A DNA stretch of 64,000 nucleotides from contig MU061579.1 of NCBI GenBank assembly GCA_013265495.1, positions 1,423,319-1,487,318 of the forward strand, written 5' to 3'. The notes beneath the pieces were generated by a model that saw only the letters and a program-made list of their open reading frames with translations, made no database searches and was not told where the DNA came from. Below are positions 41,160 to 54,015 of the stretch, piece after piece. Made by a program: the position numbers and the translations under genes. The stretch's first letter is position 1. Each line of letters begins with the position of its first letter. This DNA comes from Vicugna vicugna. Its lineage: Eukaryota.

Positions 41160-41818
41160 TGTTAGAGCAGGCAGATAGCTAGATATGAGCAGGGAAAGGG
41201 GGACACAGACCAAATGGCAGGAACTGGGCAGAAAGGAGGGGCACAGGCCAAATGCAGGAAACCACACATCATGTAAGCACCAGGGGTCCCTGGGCAGAGA
41301 AAGAAAAGCAGGAAAACTTGGGCTGATAAGGGGTCACACCTTCTGGGGTGATGAGTGGCCTGGAGACTGACAAAGAAAAGTGAGAAAAGGCAGGACTTTC
41401 CAGTGTCTGAATGTAACCTTTTGCTCATTATGCCCTCATTTCAGTAAAATTAGCTATGCAGATTAGAAGTGCCCATCGTGCACGACGCCATGACACTTCT
41501 GATCCAGACTAAATAAGGACAAAAATCCCTCCTCCCTTTGGGAAGGTGGAGTTGGGAAGATAATCAGGGAATACAACCCCAAACCCTTCCCTCCCCAGTG
41601 AATATTCCACCCATTCATTTTTACACCCTATGTAACTCACTTGCCAAAGAAACTCAGGGCAGCCCCTCACCTGAGCCTGCCCCCTCTTCCCCTGAGAGTG
41701 TACTATCCATCTTTTAACAAATTCTCACTTTACTTTTTTTTAACCACAACATCTTGTCTCTAAATTCTTTCTGGGATGGGACCAGAACCTGGAACACCAG
41801 TTGCATCTACCAGTAACA
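41160..41818 (+). mobile_element. ERV1-class solo LTR, about 660 bp (MER50-like start)
   Basis: Inverted termini TGTTA...TAACA. Starts tgttagagcaggcagatagctagatatgagcaggg. U3/R/U5-like end with gagagtgtact, decayed polyA signal aacaaa and taaattctttctg. Sharp GC rise against the flanks. Confidence 0.8.
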
Positions 41819-43236
41819 TCTTAGTTCTTTGTTCTTTGTACTTAAATATTTCCTTTACATTTTGTCTAAAGAAAATATTTTTAAAATATAAACTCTTCAT
41901 ATTCTAGTTCAAAAGCCATACTTATTTCATGTAATAACATAAATGATTCCTAACAGGACGATTGTTAGTTTTGCATAATGGTTGTGATTCTAATTTGAAC
42001 AGAGGGGGAAATTATTTTTAAAATATGCCATATCATATGTTTTAGATCAATTTGATTGGGATTTATTTAAACTGAATAAGTGATTTTATAACAGGCTATT
42101 CAGAGAGTTGTGTTTTACGAAAAATAAAAGGAAAAAAATTGAGAGTGCTACATAAGGATTTGTATTTTTCCATCTAATTTAGTAAGTATACATTTGAAGT
42201 TAGTAGAACATTTCAATACAGTAACTTTAATACCTCACACTTGTTCTTAAGTATTATTTCTATTCTTAAGTATTATTGACTGTGTATTACTGAACTAGGA
42301 ACTATGTCAGAGAGGCAAAATCCAATTTGTTCAGCAAGACAAATGCCTATCACATCACCTCCCTCAAAATAGAGGCTCAGAGCAGAAAGAACAAAGAATT
42401 ACATGATTACAAAGTTAATAGAATCCACTGTATGTTGAAGATCAATATTTTCTAAACTAGTCTAAATGTTTTCGATCATACACTCTTTAGAATAATGCCC
42501 AAACTGTATAACCTTAGGGAATATTGTTTGTGTACATGTATGTGTAAATATTTGTCATAATTTTAAATAATTGAGTATAATTTCTGTTGTAGTATGACTA
42601 TTGACATTTTTAAATGAAATGAACAATCACTTTCCATATATCCAATGTAATTGACATATCAGAGTAATTTTAATGCCGTGATCATACCTTTAGTCACTGA
42701 TTTTATATCATTTGTTTTCTCCTTTAACAGAAATTCACGCATTCTTTAAAAAGAAGTATTGGGCATCCGGTGTGCATCAGTTGTTGTTCTAAGCACTAGA
42801 CCTACATGGCAGTGGTTCCTGCCTGTGTGCTCCAACTCTGCACAGCTCAGCTTCCTTCTAAATATCCTATGTAAGAGGCCCAGGCAAGCACACTTTTGTT
42901 CATCTGTAAAGAACGTGCTGTTCCTATGAATCTGAATACCGAGGAATTTTATAAATTAGCCAAAGTGTTTAAAGACATCCCAAATAGCAGTATTTTCATC
43001 CAAATAGCTTACAACTTAGAGTCTTTTTAATTTTGGAACTTAGATCAAGTTATATTTTTTGGCTATTGTTCTGATACCATCCTATTTTGTTTTTCTTTTT
43101 CATTTTTCTTTTTATTCAGGTTGATTTTTGCCAGTCTGACTTTCACATCACTAATGGGAGTGGGAGTTGTTTTGCACACAAAGGAAAGGAGCTTTCTCAC
43201 AGTAAAGCTTCTCTTTTTCGTTAGCATCTTAGAGCT

Positions 43237-43299
43237 GGAAGTGCTTATCTGGACGTTTGTGTATTTAGGAAGTGCTTATCTGGACGTTTGTGTATTTAG
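43237..43299. repeat. Perfect tandem duplication, 31 bp x 2
   Basis: GGAAGTGCTTATCTGGACGTTTGTGTATTTA starts at 43237 and again at 43268. Confidence 0.95.
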
Positions 43300-43649
43300 A
43301 TAATTCACATCACTTTGGAGGCTAACAGTTGAAGATTCCCAATGCTACAGAAACTCTGAGCCCTTTTTTGAGTTTTCACGTGCGTTTTGATGTCAACTTC
43401 GGCCCAGCAGTCAAGACGTTGCTGTTGAACCAGGACACACTCTCTCCATTTCCCTTCAGGGCTCTTGGCCACTGATCTACCTTAGTTAACACTTTTATGA
43501 CCCACTTCGTATAGACTCTGACATTCCTTCACGTGGGCACTGATGAATGGTGCCTCGCTCATTTCATCCTCATTCCTTGTACATCTCACTCTTTCCTGTG
43601 AGTCACCCCTGATGCAACTAAGCCACGATTTACCCTGAGACCTACTTGG

Positions 43650-44975
43650 GAACAACACATAAGCTACCAGGAAATTTTGAGAATTAAATTTCAGTGGGAA
43701 GATACTTTAGCCAATAGTTAATCAGAAGTAGGGAGTACACTCTTCTTTCATCCTCCTAATGTGCTTCCCAGGATAGGGTGTATCATTCAGCCTCTTAGAA
43801 GAGAGGTCCGTTAAGACTAGTGATCGTTTATATGTGGCACCGAGCGGTAGCTAGCTCTGTAATGTTCCCCTGTGTTGGCTCTCCTTTCTTCCCTCTCTTG
43901 TCTCTCTTCTCCTCAGTGCTCCTTTTCAGAAGGAACCCATGAGGACAGGGAAAGTGCCTTCTAATAATTTCCTGGAATGGGCCCTTGAAACTTAGACTTG
44001 AAATGGTCGACAGTGAATGAGTTTGATATGCCAGAGAATTGCATAGTTTTGAGAAAGTAGTCAAATAGCACAACGATGTGGGAGTATTTGAACAATCTTA
44101 TCACATAATCTTTGAAAGTTCAGCACTTGCCAGATATTTCTGGGAAGCATCAAAGACCATCTCTTCATACAACAAGAATCAGTACCTTAATGCTGGCACC
44201 AGTGGCTGTGAGAAGCTTGGTGTTCTGGTCTTGTGTACGTTGATTCTGGGAGATGGTCCTGTGGCCATCACTGGGGACTGCGGGTTTCAGAACGGAAGAG
44301 ACCAGATGGCAGCATTTAACCGTAAGTGAAAGAAAACCTAGAAATGCAATCAAGATACATTGATCTGCAGGGATATAGGTCTAACAAATGAGAGTATTCC
44401 TAAGGGTGAAATGGACAGATAGTACATTAGGACATAACTCACGTTGAATAATTAAAAGAAAAAGAAATTCCACAGTAGAAATCTATTGTCTTTAACCCAA
44501 TTTCTAGTTTTAAGACAGTCATAGATACAGAACTAATTGTTTCAGGAGTAGACCAGTTCACCTTGGGGAAGGACTCTATAATACCACCCAGTAGAGGTCA
44601 TAATCATTACCCTGCACTTCCTGAAGGACTCGTGGACATAACTGGAAAAACTGTATACTTGAGAAATAGACCTGGATCAAATTTTAACTACATTTTAAAA
44701 ATGACTCTCATTTTATTTAAATAATTTCCTATTTATAGAAAAGCCAGTGAGGCTCATTTGAAAGATAGGACTGCAAGATTGAGCAGTTATTTTTGCTTGA
44801 TACCATGAGGTGGCTACTTGCATAACACATCTGTGTTTGCTCGCTCTCTTTCCTACTTCACTGTCCCTGGCCTTACTCCTTTTTCTGGAATTATATCCCA
44901 ATAAAGGAATTATAAAACTTATGACCCTAAGTTTTTGTATTGGGCTGTGCTTTGTGGGGAACACACCCTAAGACA
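43650..44975 (+). mobile_element. Degenerate ERVL remnant: LTR16-like end, gag/protease traces, second LTR end
   Basis: RDQMAAFNR near 44300-44322 resembles ERVL gag RGQVAALNR; ccttggggaaggac resembles the gag-pro junction; LTR-like ends gaacccatgaggaca (about 43947) and aataaa...ggggaacacaccctaagaca (about 44975). Confidence 0.6.
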
Positions 44976-46254
44976 ATTTACCTATACACTGAAAAGTCAG
45001 TCTGAGAGATGCTTTTTTGTGTGATTTTGCTTTGTTGGTCAACACTTACACACTCGGGATTATTTATGAAGTAACTTTGACTATAATAATTATTATGTTT
45101 CTGGACGACCAACCATGGTACCTCTCGTTCCTCTCTCCAAATAGTAGTGAAGCAATTCCAGCATGAGCCATCCCCTTAGTATAAGAAATACCACAGCACA
45201 CCAAGGGATTTACAAAGTCTTAGATGGCACCAGAGATAGCTATCTTATGTTTATACTTCACTTCAGTCACCCAACTAATAGTACAGCAGTCCCCCAAAGC
45301 CACTCCATCAGCTAGACCCAAGATACAAAAGCTGGGAGGGAAATTACATGAACACACACCATCCTTCTTTCTAGTTTACTTCACCCTGAAACATACAGTT
45401 TCCTTGGCATATGGCTATGGTTTCCTCTTTGCATGGACATCTTATTTAAACACTGGGATATTGATTTAAGTCTTTTTTTACAGTTCAATTTTAGATTGTT
45501 CCTTCAGGAAACATACACTTTCTTCTCTCCCTCTCTCTGTATACCCTCTCCCATTATTTAATCCCTCAAGTTTCTGCAATGGACTCCAATTCTTCTTACC
45601 TTGAGTGTTTGTTTGAAATTGTTTCCTTAGTTCTTACTCTCAGCTGAATAACTCAGATATACTTCTTTCACTATAAGCATATTCCATTTTATGTCAATGC
45701 ATATCAATGTAATAGCTGAGTAAAATGTTTATCTGATAATTTTTCTCATCTGAGTCATCCAAAGGTTGGTCTCCTGGAATCTCTTTTCCCTTGGAGGTCA
45801 TAACTAATATTTTTATGTTCACTAATAAAAAGTATCTTTAGTAAAGACATTGTAATTGTCATTTTTGTGAAGACTCTAAATTCTAGTCTTCTGAAAAGTG
45901 TTATTTTTTGTTTGCTTGTTGGCTTTGGCAGACAATTAACTTGGTTCAATTCATTTTCAGGTGGCAGCTCGAATCACAGTCCTGTTTTTTCATTCTTAAC
46001 TAGGATGCACATAGTCTTCTTGGTGTGTACCTGGTTTGGGTGTCAGCCAAGATTGAGGCAGCACTTAACATTTTTTTATATTCCTATTGTAATTCTTTTC
46101 AAAAATTTCCTCTAGACTTTTCATCCTTTGTTTTTGCCTGACCCTTTCCTTTAGTTACTCAGGCCAGAATTTTATCTGCTTAATGTTACTGTAACCCTAA
46201 CCCTAAAACTAGCCAGCCACACAACTGCACCCCAATAAACCTCTTTGCTTTTTT

Positions 46255-46800
46255 TTCCTTTTTTATTTATAGGAGAGATTTATTTGAAGAAGTATTATGA
46301 CATATAAAAACTACATAAAGTTTAATTTCCACTCATATAGTAGTAAATTTGATATAATGAGTAATAAAAAAAACCTTAAAATCCAGAATGCACAAAGTAC
46401 TGCACAGTTTGATCACCAAGTCAAATTAGTTAATAAGCAAACCTCACAGAACCGCTTCGTGTCAGCCAAGGCCACAAACACCATGTACAACACATTTGAG
46501 CTGACAAATCGACATGTTAAAAATGCGGTATTTTTACAACAAAGTGTCAGCATCTTTTTTAATCCCTCCATATTTTCCCCACATTCCTGAGAATCCTTTC
46601 CTACGTAGCAGGTGTTTTCTTACTAGTCATCATGTTGTGCCATGTCTTCTGGACAACTTCAGTCCTGCTGGTTTTCAATAAAATGTGGAGCATCTAAGCT
46701 GTACCACTAAGTAGGACCTGCATTTTCTTTCGCTTCTTGTAAATGATAATCCATGAAAACAACAGTGGAGACATTCCCAAATATTTATCTGCGAAGGAGT
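46255..46800 (-). mobile_element. Old L1 3' fragment
   Basis: T-rich start followed by tttatttgaagaagtattatgacatataaaaa...agtactgcacagtttgat, resembling an antisense L1M 3' end. Confidence 0.4.
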
Positions 46801-48170
46801 TACATAGAAAGAATGATTATTTGGCATAACATGGGATACCTAACATTCTAAATTGAACGAGACTAGGAAATAATTTTGCTGCTGGAAAATACAATGGGGC
46901 ACTAGCTTCACCCCAAATCATCTTGTGAAAGAAAATACAGGAACTCGGTGAGAAAACAATACAGACACTGACAGGACTATCCTCTGATATTGTCCTGACA
47001 GTGAGATAGGTCAAGGAAGAGTGAGGAATGGTGGGAAGAGACCAAAGAGAATTCCAATTATTAATTGACTCTGGAGGGTGGCCATCTTTCTATGATGCAA
47101 GAGCTGACTGCTCATAGGTGGTCATCATGATTTTTTAAAATGATAAAATAATCCATGTGAATTCCTTGGCATACTGTTTCCCCACCCCATTTTCTTCACC
47201 TTACTCTTCTCTTGATATAATTAGCCACTTGGTGTTACTAAGATGTCACTGGATGAAAGGCAATGCTCATCACTGGACGTGTTTGAGTTCCAGGTGGACA
47301 GTTCTATGTTGGGACTGTTGTGGATCCAAGGATTACAACAGGGATAGAGGAGATGCGTGATGTGCTATACGATCTTTAGCATCACTCCAAAACTGAAGTA
47401 CTTTAATGCCAACATTTGTCCAGTAATGGGCAGGAGGGCCATTCTGATTTGGTATCAGACTACCACAAAAGAAATTGGGAGGAGGTGTTATGTTATTTGA
47501 TAAATACATTTTAATGGGAAATATTATACTGAAATATCCAGATGCATTTGTATCTTATTGCAAAAGGTCGGTTTTCAATGCCAAGCAGCTAGAGAGTCTT
47601 CTGTTAGCAGCTTTTAATTTCCTGCCTTAAGAACTGCTTGGCATCATGGCTACTGACACCTTTGTCTACAGTCTACTCAGGATGTAAAACAAAGTAACTC
47701 TTCCACAAACTTCTTCTCACTGTTGGAATACTCAGTTTCAAGGGGTTTTCCTCCTGGGACCGAAGCAACTTTCTTCCGCTGTGATGATCCATTCCCTCTC
47801 CGAAGCTGCGCTGGGCTTGGGACCCACTCTTCCCTGGTCTCAGAACGTCAGAGAAGGAATCCTACACTCCCTCTCCCCCAAGGGCAGGCTGAGGCCCACA
47901 GTTTAATTTAAATCATGTAAACTATAATAATTGGAAACTGCAGGGGGCCGAGACGATTTGTTAAATCTGCATACCTGTGAAGCAGAAACGGCTGAATTGT
48001 GAAAGACGAATCCCAGACGAGGATGGCCTGTTTTATATCGTTTGAAATGAAATCTTAGAAATCAATAACACCAGGCCAGGAAAAACACACCTGTTATAGA
48101 AAACCCCAGGATCTTAAGTGGCTAGGAAAATGAGAAAAAAGAAGACCTTGGCCCCTGTTTATAAAGCAAT

Positions 48171-48190
48171 CACACACACACACACACACA
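48171..48190. repeat. (CA)10 microsatellite
   Basis: Read directly; a degenerate CA-rich extension runs to about 48211. Confidence 0.9.
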
Positions 48191-49380
48191 GTCATACACA
48201 CAGAGACACACAAATTCATACCACACCACATTACCCCAGTCAGGTGAACGTATAGATTCACATTTGTAATCTTTTATAGGTAACTTGATCTTCACCTTCT
48301 CTATTTCACTTCTGGGAATAGCTAGTGATATATAATTTATAATAAAAATTGTTTCATGAAAATTCTAGGAAGACAGAGGGGAAGAAGCCAAGATGAGTTC
48401 AGAGGCTGACTGGGAGAAACGCGATTTCCCACAGAACTCTGGCACAAGAACCACAGTCAGAAGAAAAGGCAAATGATGAAGACCAACCATACAAAGAGGA
48501 AACGTTATCTGTGAAACACTAACAAAACGTGAAAAGCTGAAGAAGGCATATAGCTTCATTGGGTCCAGCTTACCAAACATGAAGTGAGGAATAAATTTTA
48601 ATTAAGGGAGTATAAAAAGAATAATCAGCAAACCCTTTCCGAGAGAGGTGGATGTCATGCTAAGCGGACAGGCTGCAGTGTCTTGTGACAAGCCTGGACG
48701 ATTCAAAGAGTAAGCGGTCATTTGAGGAAGGTAAAATCCTAACCCATTGTTTGCAGTGTAGGTTGGATTTCTTGGCTGTGAACACATTTAGTGTGCATTA
48801 AATATTCTGTCTCTCAGAGACTGCCAAGTTTCTTTGGATTTATGCTCCACTGAAGAGAAACTTGGATTTATTATTTTAAAAAAGCATGAACAGAGGTCTA
48901 TACAGTGTGCTATTCAAGCTTTAGGGCAGATGGCATAGTGGACATGACTAAAATAGGAAGTAATGTCCAGAATTCCTCTTAAATATAGGAAAGTTCCAAT
49001 AATCAGTAGTTAAATGTAGTGTTTATAATGGATTTTTTTCTACTCTCATAACTTCAGTGAAGTTATAGTAAAATTCTATTTACCAAAAAGGCACTGAAAT
49101 AAAATAGTTATTACAGGAGTCTTATCTGGTAATTATGTCTCATTCCAACATCAATAGATATTTCCTCAAATCATATATCAGTTGCAAAAAAACAAAATAC
49201 CACTTCAAGTAATAGGTTATTATTTGATTGTAAGAAAGATAATATTTTGAAAAAGTGACTTTGAAAGCTACAGTATTGTTAAAAAGAAGTTTATTGGATA
49301 TTTTTACATATGATATAATTTGGCTGATCTGATTGACACGTGGGTGAAAAAAGAGCTTCACTCTTTAGTGACAAAGTAAC

Positions 49381-49537
49381 CTGTATTTTGGAGATCCTTT
49401 TCTTTCTTTCTTTTTTAAATTTATTTAATTGTTTTGCGTCTAAGAGCTCCCGATAGGAAGCTAATTCTTCTTGTTCTTTTTCAAATCCTGTATTGCTTGA
49501 GGACTTTGACAAAATGTGTAATGAAGGGTTTAGTCCC
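49381..49537 (-). other. Candidate 157-nt exon with an open frame (GLNPSLHILSKSSSNTGFEKEQEELASYRELLDAKQLNKFKKERKKRISKIQ)
   Basis: Minus strand ttcattgcag|GGGACT...ATACAG|gttact; overlaps ORF 49291-49512. The peptide is charged and helix-like but not recognised, and the donor is weak. Confidence 0.25.
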
Positions 49538-50013
49538 CTGCAATGAATGTCATGATCCTAACAATAAGATCCAACAAACAGTTTGAAGTGATGTAGTGAA
49601 TGCTGACTCTGTTGTCAAGCATACACAGAGTCTGACTGGTCTAAATAATTACTGGAGTTTGGCGGAGATACAGATCACACAGCCCACCATGATGGCACCT
49701 GCTGAGACTTGGCGTTATTTTCAAAAAAATAATAGGTTGTTCTAAAGGAATGAATGCCTTATAGTACAGTAATTGAATGCAGGCACCAATACACTTGCTT
49801 TCTTTGTGATCTCGAGAATCTCTTTATTTGGGGGTTGTGTTTTGTCAACCATGTTGTGTTTTAAGGAGTGCCAATTAGTCTTAGGATTATTATTTGTTGA
49901 ACCCCTTCAAAGAAGAATCACTAGTAGACATTTGGGAGATGTGTTTGTAAAGGATAAAATATGTATGGATAATGCAGTATAATTGTTTTATTACTTAATT
50001 TATATTATATAGT

Positions 50014-50017
<4 letters not shown>

Positions 50018-50047
<30 letters not shown>
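50018..50047. repeat. (TA)n microsatellite, about 14 units
   Basis: Read directly. Confidence 0.95.
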
Positions 50048-50048
<1 letters not shown>

Positions 50049-51564
50049 GAACAAATGGTGTCAAGGCAAGTTTATGTAAACTGATTTGGGAAGAGTTTAT
50101 ATATTTTTTTCTTCTTCTACAGTTTTGATTATCTATCTTTTGTTGTTGTTGTTGATCTTCCTGCCTAAATTGAGCACAGTTCTAGAAAGGAGGCAGAATA
50201 GTTAGAGTGGATAGATAACTATGACATCATACTTAGACTGCTGGAAGAAAAAACTTTTCATTTTTCTCGGTTGTCTTGAAGGACTAAAAACGCCACAGGA
50301 AAATAACTTCTGTAGCTTATTTTATTATAAGCAAGGGGTTTGAGAGACAGAAACTTCATGATAGGACTCCAGGCACTGTCCCTGCTGGGTTATTATTGGA
50401 CATTTGAATAAATTAGACCACTGGAATCTACCAGAAATAGCACTCTACCTTGAATTTCAAGAGAAGGTGTCTTTCTGTGGTTCCCAAAGTGTGACTCATT
50501 TTTAATTACACTGCCTGATCTGAAACAAGAGGACACAAAGCTGGCACACTCTCCTGTTCAGATGGTGAGGACTAGGTCAGGTCTAGGTCTTTTAGAAAGT
50601 TTTAGGGTAGTGTCTTGAAACGCAGAACCTGGCGGGGCGATGCGACAGCGTGGGGAGAGAGCATGTGTGCCCATCATCAAAGAGCCGAGGGATTCAGGGC
50701 AGTTCTGACTTTGCCGAATTACTTTTTATGTCACCCATTCTCCTTTCTACCTCCCAGGTTTTGAAACTTTGGGCCATTCCTCTTCACTTTCTTTGTTTTC
50801 TTGTGGGGAAATGGAACTGGTTGCCAGAGTTGGGAAAGAAAAGTAGCCAGAGGTAATTTTTTTTTTCCTCCTTTATTGAGTATGAAACTGCAGCAATTCT
50901 CCTCCAAAGTGTTGTCATTATTCACACGATAGCAACTCAGTGAGAGTTAGCAGCAGGAACTCTCCTGTAATGCCACTATTGTGCATTTCCTTACGACTGA
51001 TCATCTATCCAAAAACACTAGCAAGGTTGGCATGTGTTTTCATTAACCACCATATATTTATTTCTAGACCTCCCAAGAAAATGCAGGCCCCTCTAGGTAC
51101 TGGCAAAAGCCATTTAGTGTTTTATTTATTCAGAAAAAAAAATGCACCAGTGCAAATAAAACTTCCCTTAAACCATATATTTGTTTTACTAAAGAACAAA
51201 TCTATAGATTGATAAAATGTGTCATAGATTCATTTAGAGAATTAAGCTTTGAATTCATTACTTTTCAAGTGAAAACATTGTATTTGGGACCATCCAAATA
51301 AAAGACTGGTTATTACTTGGGGAGATTAAGGGAGGTCAGTGTGTCTATGGCTGAAAGAGTCAATATCATTTATTCCTAAGGAATTCTCAAATAGAAAATT
51401 GGAAGATTAATTCTCAAATTAATACAGGCAGTGCACATAAGTATATAATCATGGTATTTAAATAATCATTCTTATATGCCAGATATTATTGTAAATTATA
51501 TACATAATTATACCCATATGTATTATATATATGTATTAAGTATGTAATATGTATACAATTATAT

Positions 51565-51720
51565 TTAATCCTAATTTTTATTAAACCTATTCCCTATGGA
51601 TAGGGAAAATAAGGCATGTGGTAGCCAAGTCACAGGGCTGGGAGGTGACTGAGCTGAGATTTAAGCCAATGTGTTCTAACACCACTGTTCAGGCTTTTAG
51701 CCCTATGTGACAGTGCCTCA
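51565..51720 (-). mobile_element. MIR fragment
   Basis: gccaagtcacagggctgggaggtgactgagctgagatttaagcca...tgttctaaccactg is an antisense MIR pattern. Confidence 0.55.
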
Positions 51721-53678
51721 GAAGAAATAGCAAATTTCAACAGGTAGGTTAAAGTTCTCCATCTGAGTATTAGTTTAAACTATCCAAATTAAATTATTCA
51801 AATTAAAACAATGATATGCCTGACAAATTTATATTTCTAAATAGCAACATCCAATGATGGTAAATATATGGGGATATAGGTTATTTTCATGCATTAAAGT
51901 GGGTTTCTAATTTGGCTCAAACTTTTGGGAGTGTAATTTAGCAATACAAAGAAAGATTCTTTAAATATTTTCTTTGAGGAAATAATGATACTTCTAATAT
52001 TATTTCCAAGAAAATAATTGGAAACAAGTATTTGTGTGAGAGCCATGCAAACAAATATTTTGTGCATTTTAACCTGCTGTGGCCATCTGCTAGAAAAGAT
52101 TTTGATGTACATTTTGTTGAATGAAATATACATTCAATGATTGATATTTCTCATGAATTGTTTATAACATTAAAAATTGATAATCTACATTCTTCCAAAT
52201 AGAAGATTGTTCAAAAAAACTATATTCTATATGCAGAAGAATGGTCACATTATGTGACCATTAAAAACTATGATGATAATGATTATAATGATGCAGGTAT
52301 GTAGGTATGGAAATGGAACAATTTTTAAAATATTATTAAATAAAAATCATTAGGTAAAGTTATACAATAAAGCAGAATATATACTATGATTATAGTCTGG
52401 GATATTTGTGATATGCATGCACATAGTATGTAAACACATACATAATCTATACCTATGAATACATACATAAAGATGATTACATTTTGGAATACATACATAC
52501 ATATGTATCTAATTCTTTGTTATTGATCTCATTTTTGTCTGTATCTGGAATGATACTAATCAAAATATTCAAAGTTAGTCTTTCTGTTTTATTGGTATGC
52601 AGTTTTCTTTACTATTTGCTTTATTCAGTGGAAATGCATACAGTTTACAATGAATAAATGTGACTTAAAATATGTACATGTAGACAAAGCCTTTATGTTT
52701 TTCATTTGACTCAAAAAATATTTCTATTTCTAAGTCACATCTAGCTGCCCAAATATAGCACAGATTTTATATGAAGAAAGTTCTCCCACCAACACATAAG
52801 AAGCATTAGTGTTTGGAATACAGTGTGAAATAGATACACTTTACTAATCTGCACATAACTTTTAGTTCCGGAGCATGAAGTCTGAAAAGAGAGGGCTAGT
52901 GTTTTTACTGAGTGATACAATTATGTGTTGTTTTTTTTTTAACATTCAACAACTGTCTTGTTAACAGGCCTATCAAAAAGGAGATTAATGGTGAACTGAC
53001 AATACAGTGTCTTTCCCCAACTCATAGAAACATATGTTTCTAAATACAGATCACTAAATTATGTAGCTCAATTTTTTTAAATATATGAAATATATACATA
53101 TATATATATACACACCTAACTTTTTTTATTTTTTATTTTAATTTATTTATTTTTATTTTACACCTAATATTTTGAAGACTGAAAATCTTACCCTACACAT
53201 ACTCAGTGAATTTTTTCCTTGTGATCAAAAATACAATCTATGAATAATTTTGAGTTTTGTTTGTGTGGCTTTTTTATCATTAATTCATGCTCTCTTCCAT
53301 TATCATTAATAGTATTTAATTTTCTAATGTATGATAATGAACATTATTTGTGAAAATGGCATGGTCTTATTTGCATAGTTTAAGAAACTTTTGATAAATG
53401 AATACAATGTCACCTACTGAGTGTGACAAGGATTTTGCCAAATAAAAGTGGACTTTTGAACAAGCATTTAAGATGAATGAATAAATATACTGCAATCAGT
53501 ATGGGATCTTGAGGAAACTGCAAAAGAGCACCAATTAGAAAATAAATTGTAAGGAGCAATATTTATTTCTTCCTAGTTTTGTTAGTTTTATAAATTGTAT
53601 CTCAAAACATAAAATCAATGTGTCAACATGAAACTTTCTCTGTTTTCACATACTGAACTTAGTATTTGCTTTGAATGC

Positions 53679-54015
53679 TGCTGTAGTCCATTTGGGCTGC
53701 AATTAAAAAAAAATAAACAGACTGGTGGCTTAAAAACAGCAGAAATGTATTTCTCACCCTTTTGGACACTGGAGGTCAAAGGTTAGGATGCCTGCATGGT
53801 TGCTTCTGGAAGAGCCCTCTTCAGGGTTGCAGACTTCTTGTACTTCATATGTTGGAAGTAGAGTCAGGAAGCTCCATGTGGTCTCTTTTATAAGAGAACT
53901 AACCTATCTATGCAGGCTACACCTTCATGACCTAGTAACCTCCTAACATCCCTGCATTGGGCATCAGGCTTTCAGCACGTGCATTTGGAGGAGCACAGAC
54001 ATTCACATCATAGCA
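53679..54015 (-). mobile_element. MaLR solo LTR (MLT1A0-like), near complete
   Basis: tagtccatttgggctgc...cagactggtggcttaaaaacagcagaaatgtatttctca...gtctcttttataagagaactaa...catttggaggagcacagacattcacatcatagca matches the MLT1A0 reverse complement end to end. Confidence 0.88.

Noticed and set aside
42244..42277. Short direct repeat ttcttaagtattatt x2
   Set aside because: Ordinary small slippage duplication in AT-rich DNA.
43237..43299. CRISPR-like 31-bp repeat
   Set aside because: Two directly adjacent copies with no spacer, in mammalian DNA.
46192..46206. Interstitial telomeric repeat (TAACCC)2.5
   Set aside because: Too short to distinguish from chance.
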